Positions 46,828 to 57,332 of a stretch of 64,000 nucleotides of DNA are shown one piece after another. Below the pieces are notes generated by a model, which ran no database searches, had not been told where the DNA came from, and was given only the letters and a program-made list of their open reading frames with translations. Source of the stretch: a virus; the IMG/VR virus record IMGVR_UViG_3300046170_000450, positions 22,912 to 86,911 of that record. The stretch is one strand, 5' to 3'. The first letter of the stretch is position 1, and the number at the start of each line of letters is the position of its first letter. Both the position numbers and the translations under genes were made by a program.

Positions 46828-47544
46828 ATGGAAAATATTTACGAATTTACATTAAACAAAAAAGTAAAAAAGCAGGTAGAGAAAACAAGAAAAACAAAAG
46901 ACGGCGAAGAGGAAACAGTTCTTTCTAGCCGTACCGTGAATTCTCCTGTTAAATTTATTATCAAAAAACCCACAAGAAGGGTTGCTGACGAAGCTGAACT
47001 TTTTTATTCAATTGAGTTGAGTAAGGCATCAAGATGGGCATCGTCACAAAAGCAATGCTTATTAAAAAGTATGCTGATAATGGAGGAGCTTATCAGAAGA
47101 AGAGTCCAAGCACTTTTAAAGTCTTTGAAAGAGCTTCAATGATTTAGAAAACGAGTACAAGTTAGTGTTAGCTACAAAAAACAAAGCAGAAAAGAAAAGT
47201 CGAAGAATTCGAACATTAAAATATTGTACCTAAGAAGAGAATTGCAAGATCTTGAATCTTCTTTACAATCTGTTTATCAACATACCGCCGATGCAAAAGC
47301 GGAAAAAAACTTTTGCTTTGGTATGCTATTAATCTTATCTAAATCTTCGAAGACGAAGGAGAGGAAGATTTTTTAAGGATGGACTTTGAAGAAAAGTTAG
47401 AAGATTTTATGAAAAATACGAAGCTGACGAAGGTTTTGATCTTGAAGCTGCTCAAAAATTTGCTAAAGTAGTTGGGTATTGGTTTTATAACCAAGACCGC
47501 AAGAGAAAAAATATAGAAAGTTCATCGAAGATGGTGGGCAATGA
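46828..47544 (+). CDS. putative tail assembly chaperone (multiple apparent indels)
   Basis: IKKPTRR..DEAELFY N-terminus; coding-like text continues across frames; position before tape measure. Confidence 0.45.
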
Positions 47545-48508
47545 TAAAAATTTAGAAATAGTTTCAGAAATATTGCAAGGAGTTACTGTTGTAGATAGCT
47601 CCTTTGGTTCTTTATATTTTAGACACCTTTCTCAAGTTCAACAAAGAGAGGCTATTTCAGAGTCTAAGATTTTTGAAAAAGAAGCCGCCTCCAAGGGGCT
47701 GTTGTCAAGAGAACAGTCGCTAGAGGAGATAATCCAGCAAGAGATGTGGTCGGAAGAAAACGAGAAACAAATCAAAGATCTGAATACGGAAATAGAAAAT
47801 TTAAAAAAAATAAATTCTCAAGTATTTTTGCCATCAAAGAAAAAAGAAATAGAAAAAAACCTTAAGGAAAAACAAAACATTTTGTTTTCAATGGAGTCGG
47901 AAAAAGAAGAGTTGCTGGGACTGACTGTTGAAAAGTACTCCAACAATAAAATACAAAAAAATATTGTAAGCAAAATCTTGTTTTATGATAGGGAGTTCAA
48001 GAAAAGCGTTTTTGATGACCTGTATGTAAATGAAGCCTTTAAAGAGGTGGAGATATATAAAATGCAAAAAGATTTTTTTGAAAAATTTAACGACACAAAC
48101 ATTTCCACCGCAGTTTTGAGTGATTACTTTTCTATGTATTTACCGTTTTGTGAAGATGTTCTGGGCGTTTTTGGAAAACCGCTTAGAGATTTAACAAGTT
48201 ACCAATTGAAGCTTATTTCGTTTGGTAGATATTTTTTAAATATATTTAAAAACACAACAAAAGAGATCCCCGAAAATATAGCAAAAGATCCAGAACTTTT
48301 AATTAGCTTTTATCAAAACCAAAGGGAGGACTCAAGGAAACAGAGCTCTACTTCGGGCGACGGCGGATCAACCTATTTCGGCGCAACAAAAGAAGATATT
48401 GAAGCAATCAAGAGAGAAGACGAAAATGCGGTTGATTTGTCCGATGAAATAAAGAAAAAGGGAGGATCTCTTAATATGAAGCAAATGATGGAATTGCACG
48501 GACTTTAG
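47531..48508 (+). CDS. putative tail assembly chaperone
   Basis: 325 aa ORF immediately upstream of the tape measure gene. Confidence 0.5.
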   Translation: MVGNDKNLEIVSEILQGVTVVDSSFGSLYFRHLSQVQQREAISESKIFEKEAASKGLLSREQSLEEIIQQEMWSEENEKQIKDLNTEIENLKKINSQVFLPSKKKEIEKNLKEKQNILFSMESEKEELLGLTVEKYSNNKIQKNIVSKILFYDREFKKSVFDDLYVNEAFKEVEIYKMQKDFFEKFNDTNISTAVLSDYFSMYLPFCEDVLGVFGKPLRDLTSYQLKLISFGRYFLNIFKNTTKEIPENIAKDPELLISFYQNQREDSRKQSSTSGDGGSTYFGATKEDIEAIKREDENAVDLSDEIKKKGGSLNMKQMMELHGL

Positions 48509-48523
48509 GTGTAAAGACCATAT

Positions 48524-51500
48524 ATGGCGGTAACAGTAGGAGTTAATTTAGAACCAAATTCCAAAAAGGTTGAGGCGGCTTTAGCTAGGATTCAAGCCCA
48601 AGCTAAGGGTATTGATTTTGGTGGAGGGGCGAGGTCAATTGAAAAACTATCCAGACCGCTGGGAAAGATAACTGGACAAGCCACAGAGTTTCAAAAATCA
48701 CTTGAAGCTTCTAATGCTCGTGTTTTGGCTTTCGGTGCCTCCGTTGCTGTTATTAATAAGCTTTCCCAGGCCTTTGGTGCGCTTGTTGAAAACACAATTA
48801 GAGTAGAAGCGACTTTTGCTAAAATTAACACCATTCTTGGGGGAACTCAAAAACAATTAGAGCAGTTTGGAAATGGTATTTTTGCTGTAGCGCAAAAAAC
48901 CGCAACATCTTTTGATCAGGTCGCTGAAGGTGCTTTAGAATTAGCACGTCAAGGTTTGAGTGTTGAGGAATCCCTTTCTCGTGTTGAGACTTCTCTAAAA
49001 CTCGTTCGTGTTGCTGGTATTGATTCGCAACAAGCTGTAGCTGGTCTTACCGCCGCAATCAAGGGTTTTGAGGGCGCTGGTTTAACCGTTGCTCAGATCG
49101 CAGACAAACTTGCGGAGGTTGATACCAAGTTTGCTGTATCTACTGAAGACTTAATTAATGGGCTGGAACGTGCATCTGCTTCGGCTCGTGTTGCTGGGGT
49201 TTCTTTTGATGAGCTTTTGGCTGTTGTGACAACCGTTCAGGAAAGAACTCAGCGTGGTGGCGCTGTTATTGGTAATGCTTTTAAGACTATTTTTGCAAGA
49301 CTTGGCAGAACGGATACTTTAGTAGCTCTTGAAGAGCTTGGCATCAGTGTTTTAGATACTGAAGGCAATGTCAGGTCTGCGATACCTCTTTTTACCGAAT
49401 TGGCTTTTAAGTTGGATGAGCTTGGATTAAAAAGCATTCAGGCTGGAGACGTTATACAGAAAGTCGCTGGTGTTCGTCAGCGTGATATTTTAATTAGCTT
49501 GGTTGAAGATTTAACTTCAGGACAAAGTCAATTTGCTAACGCCTTAAATGTTTCGGCTGGAGCGGCTGGATCTCTGGATAGAAAAAATGCCCAATTAAAC
49601 GATACGCTTGAAGCGTTGATTAATAATTTAACGGTTGGCGCACAGAAACTTTCTTCAGTAATCGGAGAACTTGGCTTTGCAGACGCAGCAAAAGATATTT
49701 TAAAAGTTTTCTCTTCAGTGGTTAATGGTATTACTGATTTGCTTCAGGGGGATTCTATAGGTTCTAAATTTGCCCAGGGACTTATCAAGGGAATAGGTGG
49801 CATCTTGACTGGACCAGGTTTGGCTTTAATCAGTGCTATATTTGTCAAACTATTTGTGGACTTGGCAAAGTTCGGGGCAAGTTCATTGAGAAGCTTGCTT
49901 GGTATTAACAAGGCAGCAGAGGCTCAAAAATCGCTACAACAGTCCGTTCTTCAAACACTTTTACAAAACGAAAATATTCAAAGAGAAATTCTTGCTCTTG
50001 AGGGTAACAAAGTTGCACAAGAACAATTACTTTTAAAAATTTATAATCAACAGGCAGCTGCTTTAGCTAGAGTACAAAAGGCTGCCGCAACCGTAACTCC
50101 TGGACTTTTTAAGGGGGGCTTTAGGGGCGGCGAAAGCGGCGTAGGAAGAACTGGCAGAGGCGCTAGTGGTTATGTCGCCGCTGAAGCTCGTGATGTATCT
50201 AGAGGAGTTGGTGGAGCGCCCGCAAGCTCTAAGGTAGTCTCGATTCCAAACTTTGCTTTTGGTGGCGGTAAGCGAGGTACAATGGTTGCCAACACTAGCG
50301 AGTATTTTGTTCCTAATTACGCTGGCGGTGGAGATGCAATATTTAATCGTGACATGGTTCGCTCTGGCGGTCTTCCATCTGGCGCAAGAAAGATAAATGC
50401 AGCTGGTGGTTTTATACCTAATTTTGCAAAAAGAAATATAGGTAACTTCGGATTTCTCGTTCCAGAAAAAGGAGCTAAAAGACCACTAAAAGATTTTGAC
50501 GTTTCTTTGGGCGGAAAGAAAACAACATTAACTGGAGGAACTGTAAGAGGAATTGACCCGTCGCAAGCCAAAACAGTATCTGACCCAATAGAGGGTAGAA
50601 TTAAAAAATCAGTTATAGACTCTAGCACTGCATACGCTAATGAGTTACAGCCACTAGGAAGGTCTGTATCCAGAACAGATATCGAAAACGGATTTGGCAC
50701 AATAGCTGGGGCAAAAGGTGCTCTGCAGTCAGCTATAGGCGCAGCTTTTGAAGTGGGTATTACAAAATCTTTAGATTACAAGGCCGCACAAAGAGAAAAA
50801 GGCGGAGATTTTGATATTAGAGGAGGAGTTAATTTACCAAGAATACAAAAACTTTTTGGAATGCCCTCTTCGATGAGCATAGCTGATCTAAAGGTATCTG
50901 ACTCTGTAGGAAATACTGAAAGCTTTTACTCTAAAGTAATGAAAGAAATAGGAGCTGGGCCTTTTGGTGCGAGAGAGAAAAAAGCTAATGCTAGAAAATT
51001 AGCGGCAGCACAGCTTAGAAAAAAATATCCAGGATTTTACACAACCAAAGGACTATTAAAAACAAGAGGTATATCATCTTCGGATAAAAAAAGAATGCAA
51101 GATCTTGAAGAGAGAACGACAAATAAAATTTTTACTTCTAGGTTCGGAAATGCTTCTTCTGGTTATATTCCAAATTTCGCCATGTCGCCTCTTGACGATG
51201 CTATTGAAAGAGAAAAAGCCGCTGGCCTACCAATTAATCAAATAAGAATTAATCAAAGCGGAAAACTTCGTAGTGCCCAAAACCCAATGGGTCTTGCTGT
51301 TACCAATACTAGAGATGAGCCAACTGGTGCTATACCAAACTTTGCGAAACCTTTGAATGCAAGTAAATCAGGTTCGGGTGGAGAAGGTATGGGTGGCTCA
51401 GGGGGAGGGCTTTTTGCTTTGTTTGCTCTACAAGCAGCGCTAGGTGGATTAACCAACACTGTTGACGATAGCAACAAATCAGCCAAAAACTTTGGGGATG

Positions 51501-54127
51501 GTTTGTCAAGCTTTGTAAATACATTAATTGTTTTACAAGCTACTGGATTAGGACCACAGGGTCTTGGATCACTTAAAGGTGTTGGAAAATTTACAAATGT
51601 GTTAAAAAAATCCTTTGGAGGATTGAAAAGATTCCTTGGGCCCGTAGCTCTTGGACTTGGAGCGCTTGATGGAGTCTTAAAAGCAGGTGGTGCTGGAGGA
51701 ATAGTAGAAACATTTAAAACTTTAAAAGATTCGGCGACGGGCGATGGCCGAAGAAAAGCTGTAGCAGATATTGAAAGCAGTCAAATTAGAGCGCTAGAGC
51801 AAGGAAAGTTTAGTGGCTCTACAGATGAAGGCGTAACTGTGGCTAGGGGTCAGGTGGCAAAGTTTGAGCAGGGGGTCAGAGATGCAAAAATTGGAGTTAG
51901 AGTAAATCCAGAAGGCAGCTCCCTATTTGACCTTGATCGAAAATCTGCGATAAAAGATCTAGCAAGGCAAGAAAAGCTTTTAGAAAGAGCTAGAGAGCAA
52001 CTATCAAAAACAACTACTGATCTAGCGCAAAAAGAAGCAACGCAGGCAGAATTTAGATCTGGTGCAAGAATAACAAAAGAGCAAGCCGATACGCGTACTA
52101 AGGAATTTTTTGCTAGGAGAGGGGGCGATATAGAAGTTACGAAAGGATCAGCAAATTTAGAAGGTCAAAAAAAGCTACTAACAGAAACCAGTTTAATAGA
52201 AAAAGATAGAATTCAATCTCAAATACAATCTAACGATTTAATCGCTGAAATGGCGCTAGCCAGAAATGATAATTTGCAGACCTTGGCTCAAGAACTTATA
52301 GAAAGCGAAAAAGTTGGAGGAATAGAAAAAGAAAAATTAGAATCCGTCTTGGATAGCATTAACTTTAAAACCGATGAAGTGGCGATGTCTGAACAACTAG
52401 CGAAATCATTGGGAGTCGAACAGAGTGTAGCGAGAGGTATTTTAGAAAATGCTAGAGCAAAAAATGCAGTTTTAGAATCGGAGCATACCACAAAAACTAC
52501 CCTATTAAAACAAACTCAAGCGCTTGCGGCGCTTGAAGCCCAAATTGCTGAATCTAGAAGATTAGCTTCGAGAAATTTATCCAATGATCTTGGCCAAGCC
52601 CGCAGCGGAAGAGAACTAGGAACAATAAAAAGAGACGCGGGTATTAGGGGAAATAATTTTGAATTAAAATCTGGAGCAATAGGATCTGGTAGAGAAAGAG
52701 AAATAAAGTTTCTGAACGAACAAATGCGACTTGAAGAAGAACTTACCCAGTTGAAAGGAAGAGCTTCTGATTCAGAGACAACTTTTTTAAGTCTGAAGGC
52801 TCAGGCAGACGCTGGCAACTTGTCGATGCAAGACGAAAAATATCAAAATGCGGTAAATCAGCTTATAATCGATCAGGAGAGGCTTGATAAGCTTACACCT
52901 TTAATAGAGGCAGAAAAGCAATTAGCCCAATTTAGGGGCCAGCAAAGTGGCTTTAGCTTAGGTTTAGAAGAATTAGATTCGACAATATTAAGCTTTGAGG
53001 ATAAGCTTGGTAGAGAAATACCAGGACTATTTGCAGATAATTTAGGTACGGCAATTAAAGACGCTGTTACTGGAGCTGAAGATATAGGCGATGCTCTTTC
53101 AAAGGCTGGAGAAAGTTTCTTAGGCTACATTAGAGATGCATTTTTACAACAAGCAGCAAATCAGGCCACTAGCGCTATATTTGGCGGAATGGGAGGCGGT
53201 GGAGCCCCAGGCACGGGCGGAGGCTTAGTTAGCACTGTTACTGGAGTCGCTGGAGTCGCTGGAGCCGCTGGAGCCGCTGGAGCCGAGGGAGAAAAAAAGG
53301 GAGGGATCGGAGGATTTTTCTCTAATCTCTTCGGCGGAGGCAAAAAAGGCGGTGGCGCTTTAGGTGGCAGCCCAACAAATCCACTATTTGTTCAAGATGT
53401 AGCTAATGCCATAGGTGGAGGAGCTGCTACTGGTGCAGAAAAAGCGTTAGAGAATATAACTGGAAAAGAAGGAACAGAGCAGGAAGGCTTTTTTAGTAAA
53501 ATAAAAAGCGGATTTGGCGATTTATTAGGCGGTTTAAAAGATAAACTTGGTGGAATGTTCAGTGGACTAAAAGACAGTCTCGGCGGTTTGTTTGGTGGTG
53601 GCGCAGGTGGCGGCGGAATATTTAGTAGTCTTCTCGGCGGACTAGGTGGAATAGGAAGCGGGATTGGTGGAATATTTAGCAGTCTTTTGGGTGGTTTCAG
53701 CGGTGGCTTGGGCAGTTTATTCAGCTTCTTTAATACTGGCGGGCCAGTTGGCAGGGGAACAGATACAGTACCAGCAATGTTAACACCTGGAGAATTTGTA
53801 GTAAAGAAATCTGCAGTGGATAAATACGGAACAGGTTTTTTATCTAGTTTAAACAATGGAGTATTACCAATGCGAGGATTCCAAAACGGAGGATCTGTTT
53901 CTCCAGTCGCTGCAGAAGCTGGCGCTTCTGCGATGGGGGGAAACCAAATCAGCAATAACTCCGATTTTACTTTTAACATACAAGACAGTAAAGTCAGTCA
54001 AGAGGGAGGGCAAGGCTCTTCAGAAAACCAAAGGGAATTTGCTTCTAGAATTAGATCAGCAGTCACAACAGTGATACAAGAAGAGTCTCGGAGTGGAGGA
54101 AGTCTAAATTATTTATATAAGTCATAA
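48524..54127 (+). CDS. tail tape measure protein
   Basis: 1867 aa; TMP core (ELARQG, DKL..VD...AV....L, G..IGNAFKTIFARL), repeated A.GFIPNFA motifs, Gly-rich region and DTVPAMLTPGEFVV C-terminus. Confidence 0.92.
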   Translation: MAVTVGVNLEPNSKKVEAALARIQAQAKGIDFGGGARSIEKLSRPLGKITGQATEFQKSLEASNARVLAFGASVAVINKLSQAFGALVENTIRVEATFAKINTILGGTQKQLEQFGNGIFAVAQKTATSFDQVAEGALELARQGLSVEESLSRVETSLKLVRVAGIDSQQAVAGLTAAIKGFEGAGLTVAQIADKLAEVDTKFAVSTEDLINGLERASASARVAGVSFDELLAVVTTVQERTQRGGAVIGNAFKTIFARLGRTDTLVALEELGISVLDTEGNVRSAIPLFTELAFKLDELGLKSIQAGDVIQKVAGVRQRDILISLVEDLTSGQSQFANALNVSAGAAGSLDRKNAQLNDTLEALINNLTVGAQKLSSVIGELGFADAAKDILKVFSSVVNGITDLLQGDSIGSKFAQGLIKGIGGILTGPGLALISAIFVKLFVDLAKFGASSLRSLLGINKAAEAQKSLQQSVLQTLLQNENIQREILALEGNKVAQEQLLLKIYNQQAAALARVQKAAATVTPGLFKGGFRGGESGVGRTGRGASGYVAAEARDVSRGVGGAPASSKVVSIPNFAFGGGKRGTMVANTSEYFVPNYAGGGDAIFNRDMVRSGGLPSGARKINAAGGFIPNFAKRNIGNFGFLVPEKGAKRPLKDFDVSLGGKKTTLTGGTVRGIDPSQAKTVSDPIEGRIKKSVIDSSTAYANELQPLGRSVSRTDIENGFGTIAGAKGALQSAIGAAFEVGITKSLDYKAAQREKGGDFDIRGGVNLPRIQKLFGMPSSMSIADLKVSDSVGNTESFYSKVMKEIGAGPFGAREKKANARKLAAAQLRKKYPGFYTTKGLLKTRGISSSDKKRMQDLEERTTNKIFTSRFGNASSGYIPNFAMSPLDDAIEREKAAGLPINQIRINQSGKLRSAQNPMGLAVTNTRDEPTGAIPNFAKPLNASKSGSGGEGMGGSGGGLFALFALQAALGGLTNTVDDSNKSAKNFGDGLSSFVNTLIVLQATGLGPQGLGSLKGVGKFTNVLKKSFGGLKRFLGPVALGLGALDGVLKAGGAGGIVETFKTLKDSATGDGRRKAVADIESSQIRALEQGKFSGSTDEGVTVARGQVAKFEQGVRDAKIGVRVNPEGSSLFDLDRKSAIKDLARQEKLLERAREQLSKTTTDLAQKEATQAEFRSGARITKEQADTRTKEFFARRGGDIEVTKGSANLEGQKKLLTETSLIEKDRIQSQIQSNDLIAEMALARNDNLQTLAQELIESEKVGGIEKEKLESVLDSINFKTDEVAMSEQLAKSLGVEQSVARGILENARAKNAVLESEHTTKTTLLKQTQALAALEAQIAESRRLASRNLSNDLGQARSGRELGTIKRDAGIRGNNFELKSGAIGSGREREIKFLNEQMRLEEELTQLKGRASDSETTFLSLKAQADAGNLSMQDEKYQNAVNQLIIDQERLDKLTPLIEAEKQLAQFRGQQSGFSLGLEELDSTILSFEDKLGREIPGLFADNLGTAIKDAVTGAEDIGDALSKAGESFLGYIRDAFLQQAANQATSAIFGGMGGGGAPGTGGGLVSTVTGVAGVAGAAGAAGAEGEKKGGIGGFFSNLFGGGKKGGGALGGSPTNPLFVQDVANAIGGGAATGAEKALENITGKEGTEQEGFFSKIKSGFGDLLGGLKDKLGGMFSGLKDSLGGLFGGGAGGGGIFSSLLGGLGGIGSGIGGIFSSLLGGFSGGLGSLFSFFNTGGPVGRGTDTVPAMLTPGEFVVKKSAVDKYGTGFLSSLNNGVLPMRGFQNGGSVSPVAAEAGASAMGGNQISNNSDFTFNIQDSKVSQEGGQGSSENQREFASRIRSAVTTVIQEESRSGGSLNYLYKS

Positions 54128-54129
54128 AA

Positions 54130-55173
54130 ATGAGTGAAGTATTAGCAACTTACGATAGAGACAATAACGTAACAGGAGCTATCGAGGCTAACTCGTTTGT
54201 TCCAGAATATGGATCCACTGTATCTTTTGAAAATAAAAATGTGCATTTTTATACAGCAGACAATCATTACAAAAAATTCTCTAAAGGCTTAAACGGCACA
54301 GAAATAAAATTTGATTTAAAATTCTCAAATAAAACAGAAGAGGAAGCTAAATCTTTTTTGAGTTTCTTGGAGGGTGTTAGTAGGAACAGTTTGGGTTTTT
54401 TTGATTTTAATCAACTTAATATAAATAATGTTGAATTAGCTTTTCCTACTGGAGATGTTTATCAAAGAATAAATGAACTTTATGTCGAAAATTACGACTT
54501 TAGATTTCATGACGGACTTTTTGATATAGATTTGGTTGTTTCTAAAAATGGATATTCTTCTTTTTTGAACTGGGCAACATCTTCGTATTTAAATACTGGA
54601 AATTTTCAAACTGGCTGGTTGCCTTCAAGCAGCTATGAGAAATTTGACGTTATATACTTTCCAGAATACAATACTGTAGGGCATAGTAATTTCGACACAG
54701 CGACTAATAGAATTGAAAAATTTTACTACTGCAATGAAGATCATACATCAAGTGCTTCAAATAGCCCAACTGGAATGTCATCGAAATGGACTAGATCATT
54801 TTTTTACGATTTGGACGATAATGTTTCTATATCTACGGACAAAAAATCTGAAATTATAAAATTAAAAGATTCGTTTTCTTCTTTTGCTAAAACAGACGCT
54901 AATGCTGGTTTAATAAGGGGGCTAACATTAACGCTAAAAAACAGAAGTAATAAAGAAACTAGATCAATAATTCATTTTCTTGAAAAGCACGAAGATTACA
55001 AGCCTTTCGAATTAAACTTGCCTCAACTATATAACCAAAGAAAGTTTTTTGTTTGCAATTCTATGCAACATAAATTTGTTTATAAAGATTGTAACGACAT
55101 TACATTAAATTTAGATGAAGTAGTTAAATTTAAATCCGACGCAATGTTTGATAATTATTATTATGACAACTAA
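54130..55173 (+). CDS. distal tail / minor tail protein
   Basis: Follows the tape measure gene; duplicated L.F.N....EA..(I/F)L.FLE motif. Confidence 0.6.
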   Translation: MSEVLATYDRDNNVTGAIEANSFVPEYGSTVSFENKNVHFYTADNHYKKFSKGLNGTEIKFDLKFSNKTEEEAKSFLSFLEGVSRNSLGFFDFNQLNINNVELAFPTGDVYQRINELYVENYDFRFHDGLFDIDLVVSKNGYSSFLNWATSSYLNTGNFQTGWLPSSSYEKFDVIYFPEYNTVGHSNFDTATNRIEKFYYCNEDHTSSASNSPTGMSSKWTRSFFYDLDDNVSISTDKKSEIIKLKDSFSSFAKTDANAGLIRGLTLTLKNRSNKETRSIIHFLEKHEDYKPFELNLPQLYNQRKFFVCNSMQHKFVYKDCNDITLNLDEVVKFKSDAMFDNYYYDN

Positions 55174-56200
55174 TATAAACAGACCAACAATAACATATGA
55201 AAATGTTTGTTTATTGAAGGGTGGAGCTGGATCATTTTTAAGCGGTTCTAATGACGCATCATCCATAAAACTAGTCCCGTTAGTGCAGGATTTTTCATTT
55301 GATTTTAATACAAAAACTGAAGATATATTAACGCTTGGTGATAAATTCTATTCAAAAAGCGTAAATAGATATGACGTCGATGTAAATTTAGATGTTAATA
55401 TTTTTGAGACATTTGAAGATATGTTCTCTGGGTTTTTTAGCGGGAATTCAGTTTTAGAAGACTTAGATCAAGATGCTAGTTTTTATTTCCTAATAGGTAA
55501 AAAAAAATATTACTCAGACTTTTCTGACGCAGACGAAACAATAAATTTTGGTAACGCTTTCCTTGAAAATTTTAGTTTAACACAATCCATTAATCAGTTT
55601 TTGACATCAAAATATACTTATTCTTGTAGTAATATAAATGCTCAAACCATAGTGTCAAACGAGATAAATAACCCAGCTGTTAATTTAACTGGAGATCAAT
55701 CACAAATCATTACAACAACCCTTCCGAATGTTCAAGGCTTACTCAACGCCCAAACAAATCTTCAAGATGATATTTTTCCAGCTTACAAGACCAATTTATC
55801 AATATCTGGAGTTGAATCCGAAAATATATTTTTAATAAAAGCTGACATGATTCAAGATTTTTCCTTATCTATACCATTTGGTAGAAAAAAAATATTTTCA
55901 ATCGGAAAGAAATACCCAATAAAAAGAAAGTTTGTACACACTACGGAGGGGTCATTGTCTGCGTCTTTTATATCTTCAGAATTTAACCTAAGCGGACCGC
56001 AGTCTAATTTGAAAGATTTTCTAGAGGCAAACGATTCTTATGTAGTCGGTTTAAGTTTTGAAAATGGAAATTCAGAGACTCAAGAGTTTCAGATATCTGG
56101 CGCAAGATTATCTTCTAACTCCCAGTCAATTTCTTTGGGTCAAAATCTAAACTCTTCTTTTTCTTTTGATTTTAATATTTTTGATTTTGGGAGGGTTTAA
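55163..56200 (+). CDS. tail-tube-like baseplate protein
   Basis: VQDFSFDF...GNAFL...PAVNLTGDQ...IQDFSLSI...RK.I.SIG; paralog of the next gene and of the tail tube. Confidence 0.55.
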   Translation: MTTNINRPTITYENVCLLKGGAGSFLSGSNDASSIKLVPLVQDFSFDFNTKTEDILTLGDKFYSKSVNRYDVDVNLDVNIFETFEDMFSGFFSGNSVLEDLDQDASFYFLIGKKKYYSDFSDADETINFGNAFLENFSLTQSINQFLTSKYTYSCSNINAQTIVSNEINNPAVNLTGDQSQIITTTLPNVQGLLNAQTNLQDDIFPAYKTNLSISGVESENIFLIKADMIQDFSLSIPFGRKKIFSIGKKYPIKRKFVHTTEGSLSASFISSEFNLSGPQSNLKDFLEANDSYVVGLSFENGNSETQEFQISGARLSSNSQSISLGQNLNSSFSFDFNIFDFGRV

Positions 56201-57324
56201 TGAGTGCGTCTAGATTTGTAAATAGATACGCGGATGTTTCCTTGTTTTATAGCGAGGATGAGTTTGATCAGCAAGAAATGAATAATGGCAGCGGTATGTT
56301 CTTCTTGCCAGGGGTACAAAGTTTTGATTTTGATTTTGGATCTAATTTAATTAGTAGTAAGGGTTCAGTGGGATCAAAAAAGAAGAATTTTATTTATTCA
56401 AATCAAGCCCCAGATGTCAATGTAAATCTATCTGTCCTTGAAAATTTTGAAACATTATTTAAGGATGTTTTTACTGGAGGCCAACTTCGTGAAGATTTAA
56501 ATCGGGGAAAAAACTTTTATTCTATTGTTGGTAGAGATGAAGAAAGAACTGTTCTTAGTAAATACGAGAGTTCCCTTTCAATAGGAAATTGTTTTCTTGA
56601 TTCTATAAAAATAAATCAAAAGATTGGCGGCATTTTAACCAGCGACTACTCATATGTTGGCAGTAATATAATTGCGCAAGAATATAGTGGGATAGACGGA
56701 AGATATTCATTAAGCAGTGGCAAGGCTCCATCTGTCAATTTAACTGGAGATCAACAACCAGTTGGTAATTTTGTATTTACTGGAGTTTATGACGAATTAA
56801 TAGAATCTAATTTTATGGGAGAATGGACGCCTGGATACAAGACTTATGTTAAAATAAGCGGAATAGGAACGGAGGATTCTTTCTTGATTAAGCCAGATAA
56901 TGTCCAATCTTTTGGTATAAATCTCGATTTTAACAGAAAAAGGATAAATTCCATAGATAAGTATTTTCCGATGGGAAGGGTGGCGACACCTCCATTTTTA
57001 GGAAAAATTTCTTTAAAAAATAAAGTTTCAGATATAGAAACCAATCATTCTTTATTAAATTTTTTAAAAAATTCAGAACAATACTATATTAGCATAAGTG
57101 GAGGAAAAATAAATGGAAAAAACTTCATGGTCAATATTTCTGGGGCAAGTTTGCAGTCCAAAAACCTCAGCAGCTCTATTTCATCAGAATTATCCGAAGA
57201 TGCAAATTTAATTTTTGGCGCGAATAATATAAACATATTAACTGGCACCTCTATTTACCTTTGGAATAAGAACAACGGAACTATTTTTAGCCATAATGAC
57301 TTTATTTGGAACAGTTTCGTGTAA
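56200..57324 (+). CDS. tail-tube-like baseplate protein
   Basis: VQSFDFDF...GNCFL...PSVNLTGDQ...VQSFGINL..NRK.I. Confidence 0.55.
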   Translation: MSASRFVNRYADVSLFYSEDEFDQQEMNNGSGMFFLPGVQSFDFDFGSNLISSKGSVGSKKKNFIYSNQAPDVNVNLSVLENFETLFKDVFTGGQLREDLNRGKNFYSIVGRDEERTVLSKYESSLSIGNCFLDSIKINQKIGGILTSDYSYVGSNIIAQEYSGIDGRYSLSSGKAPSVNLTGDQQPVGNFVFTGVYDELIESNFMGEWTPGYKTYVKISGIGTEDSFLIKPDNVQSFGINLDFNRKRINSIDKYFPMGRVATPPFLGKISLKNKVSDIETNHSLLNFLKNSEQYYISISGGKINGKNFMVNISGASLQSKNLSSSISSELSEDANLIFGANNINILTGTSIYLWNKNNGTIFSHNDFIWNSFV

Positions 57325-57332
57325 ATAGAATT

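Noticed and set aside
37975-47544. Programmed frameshifts or pseudogenes in head, neck and chaperone genes
   Set aside because: Many single-base shifts, often at homopolymers, cluster in essential genes, which is best explained by sequencing or assembly indels. A real chaperone frameshift cannot be distinguished without reads.
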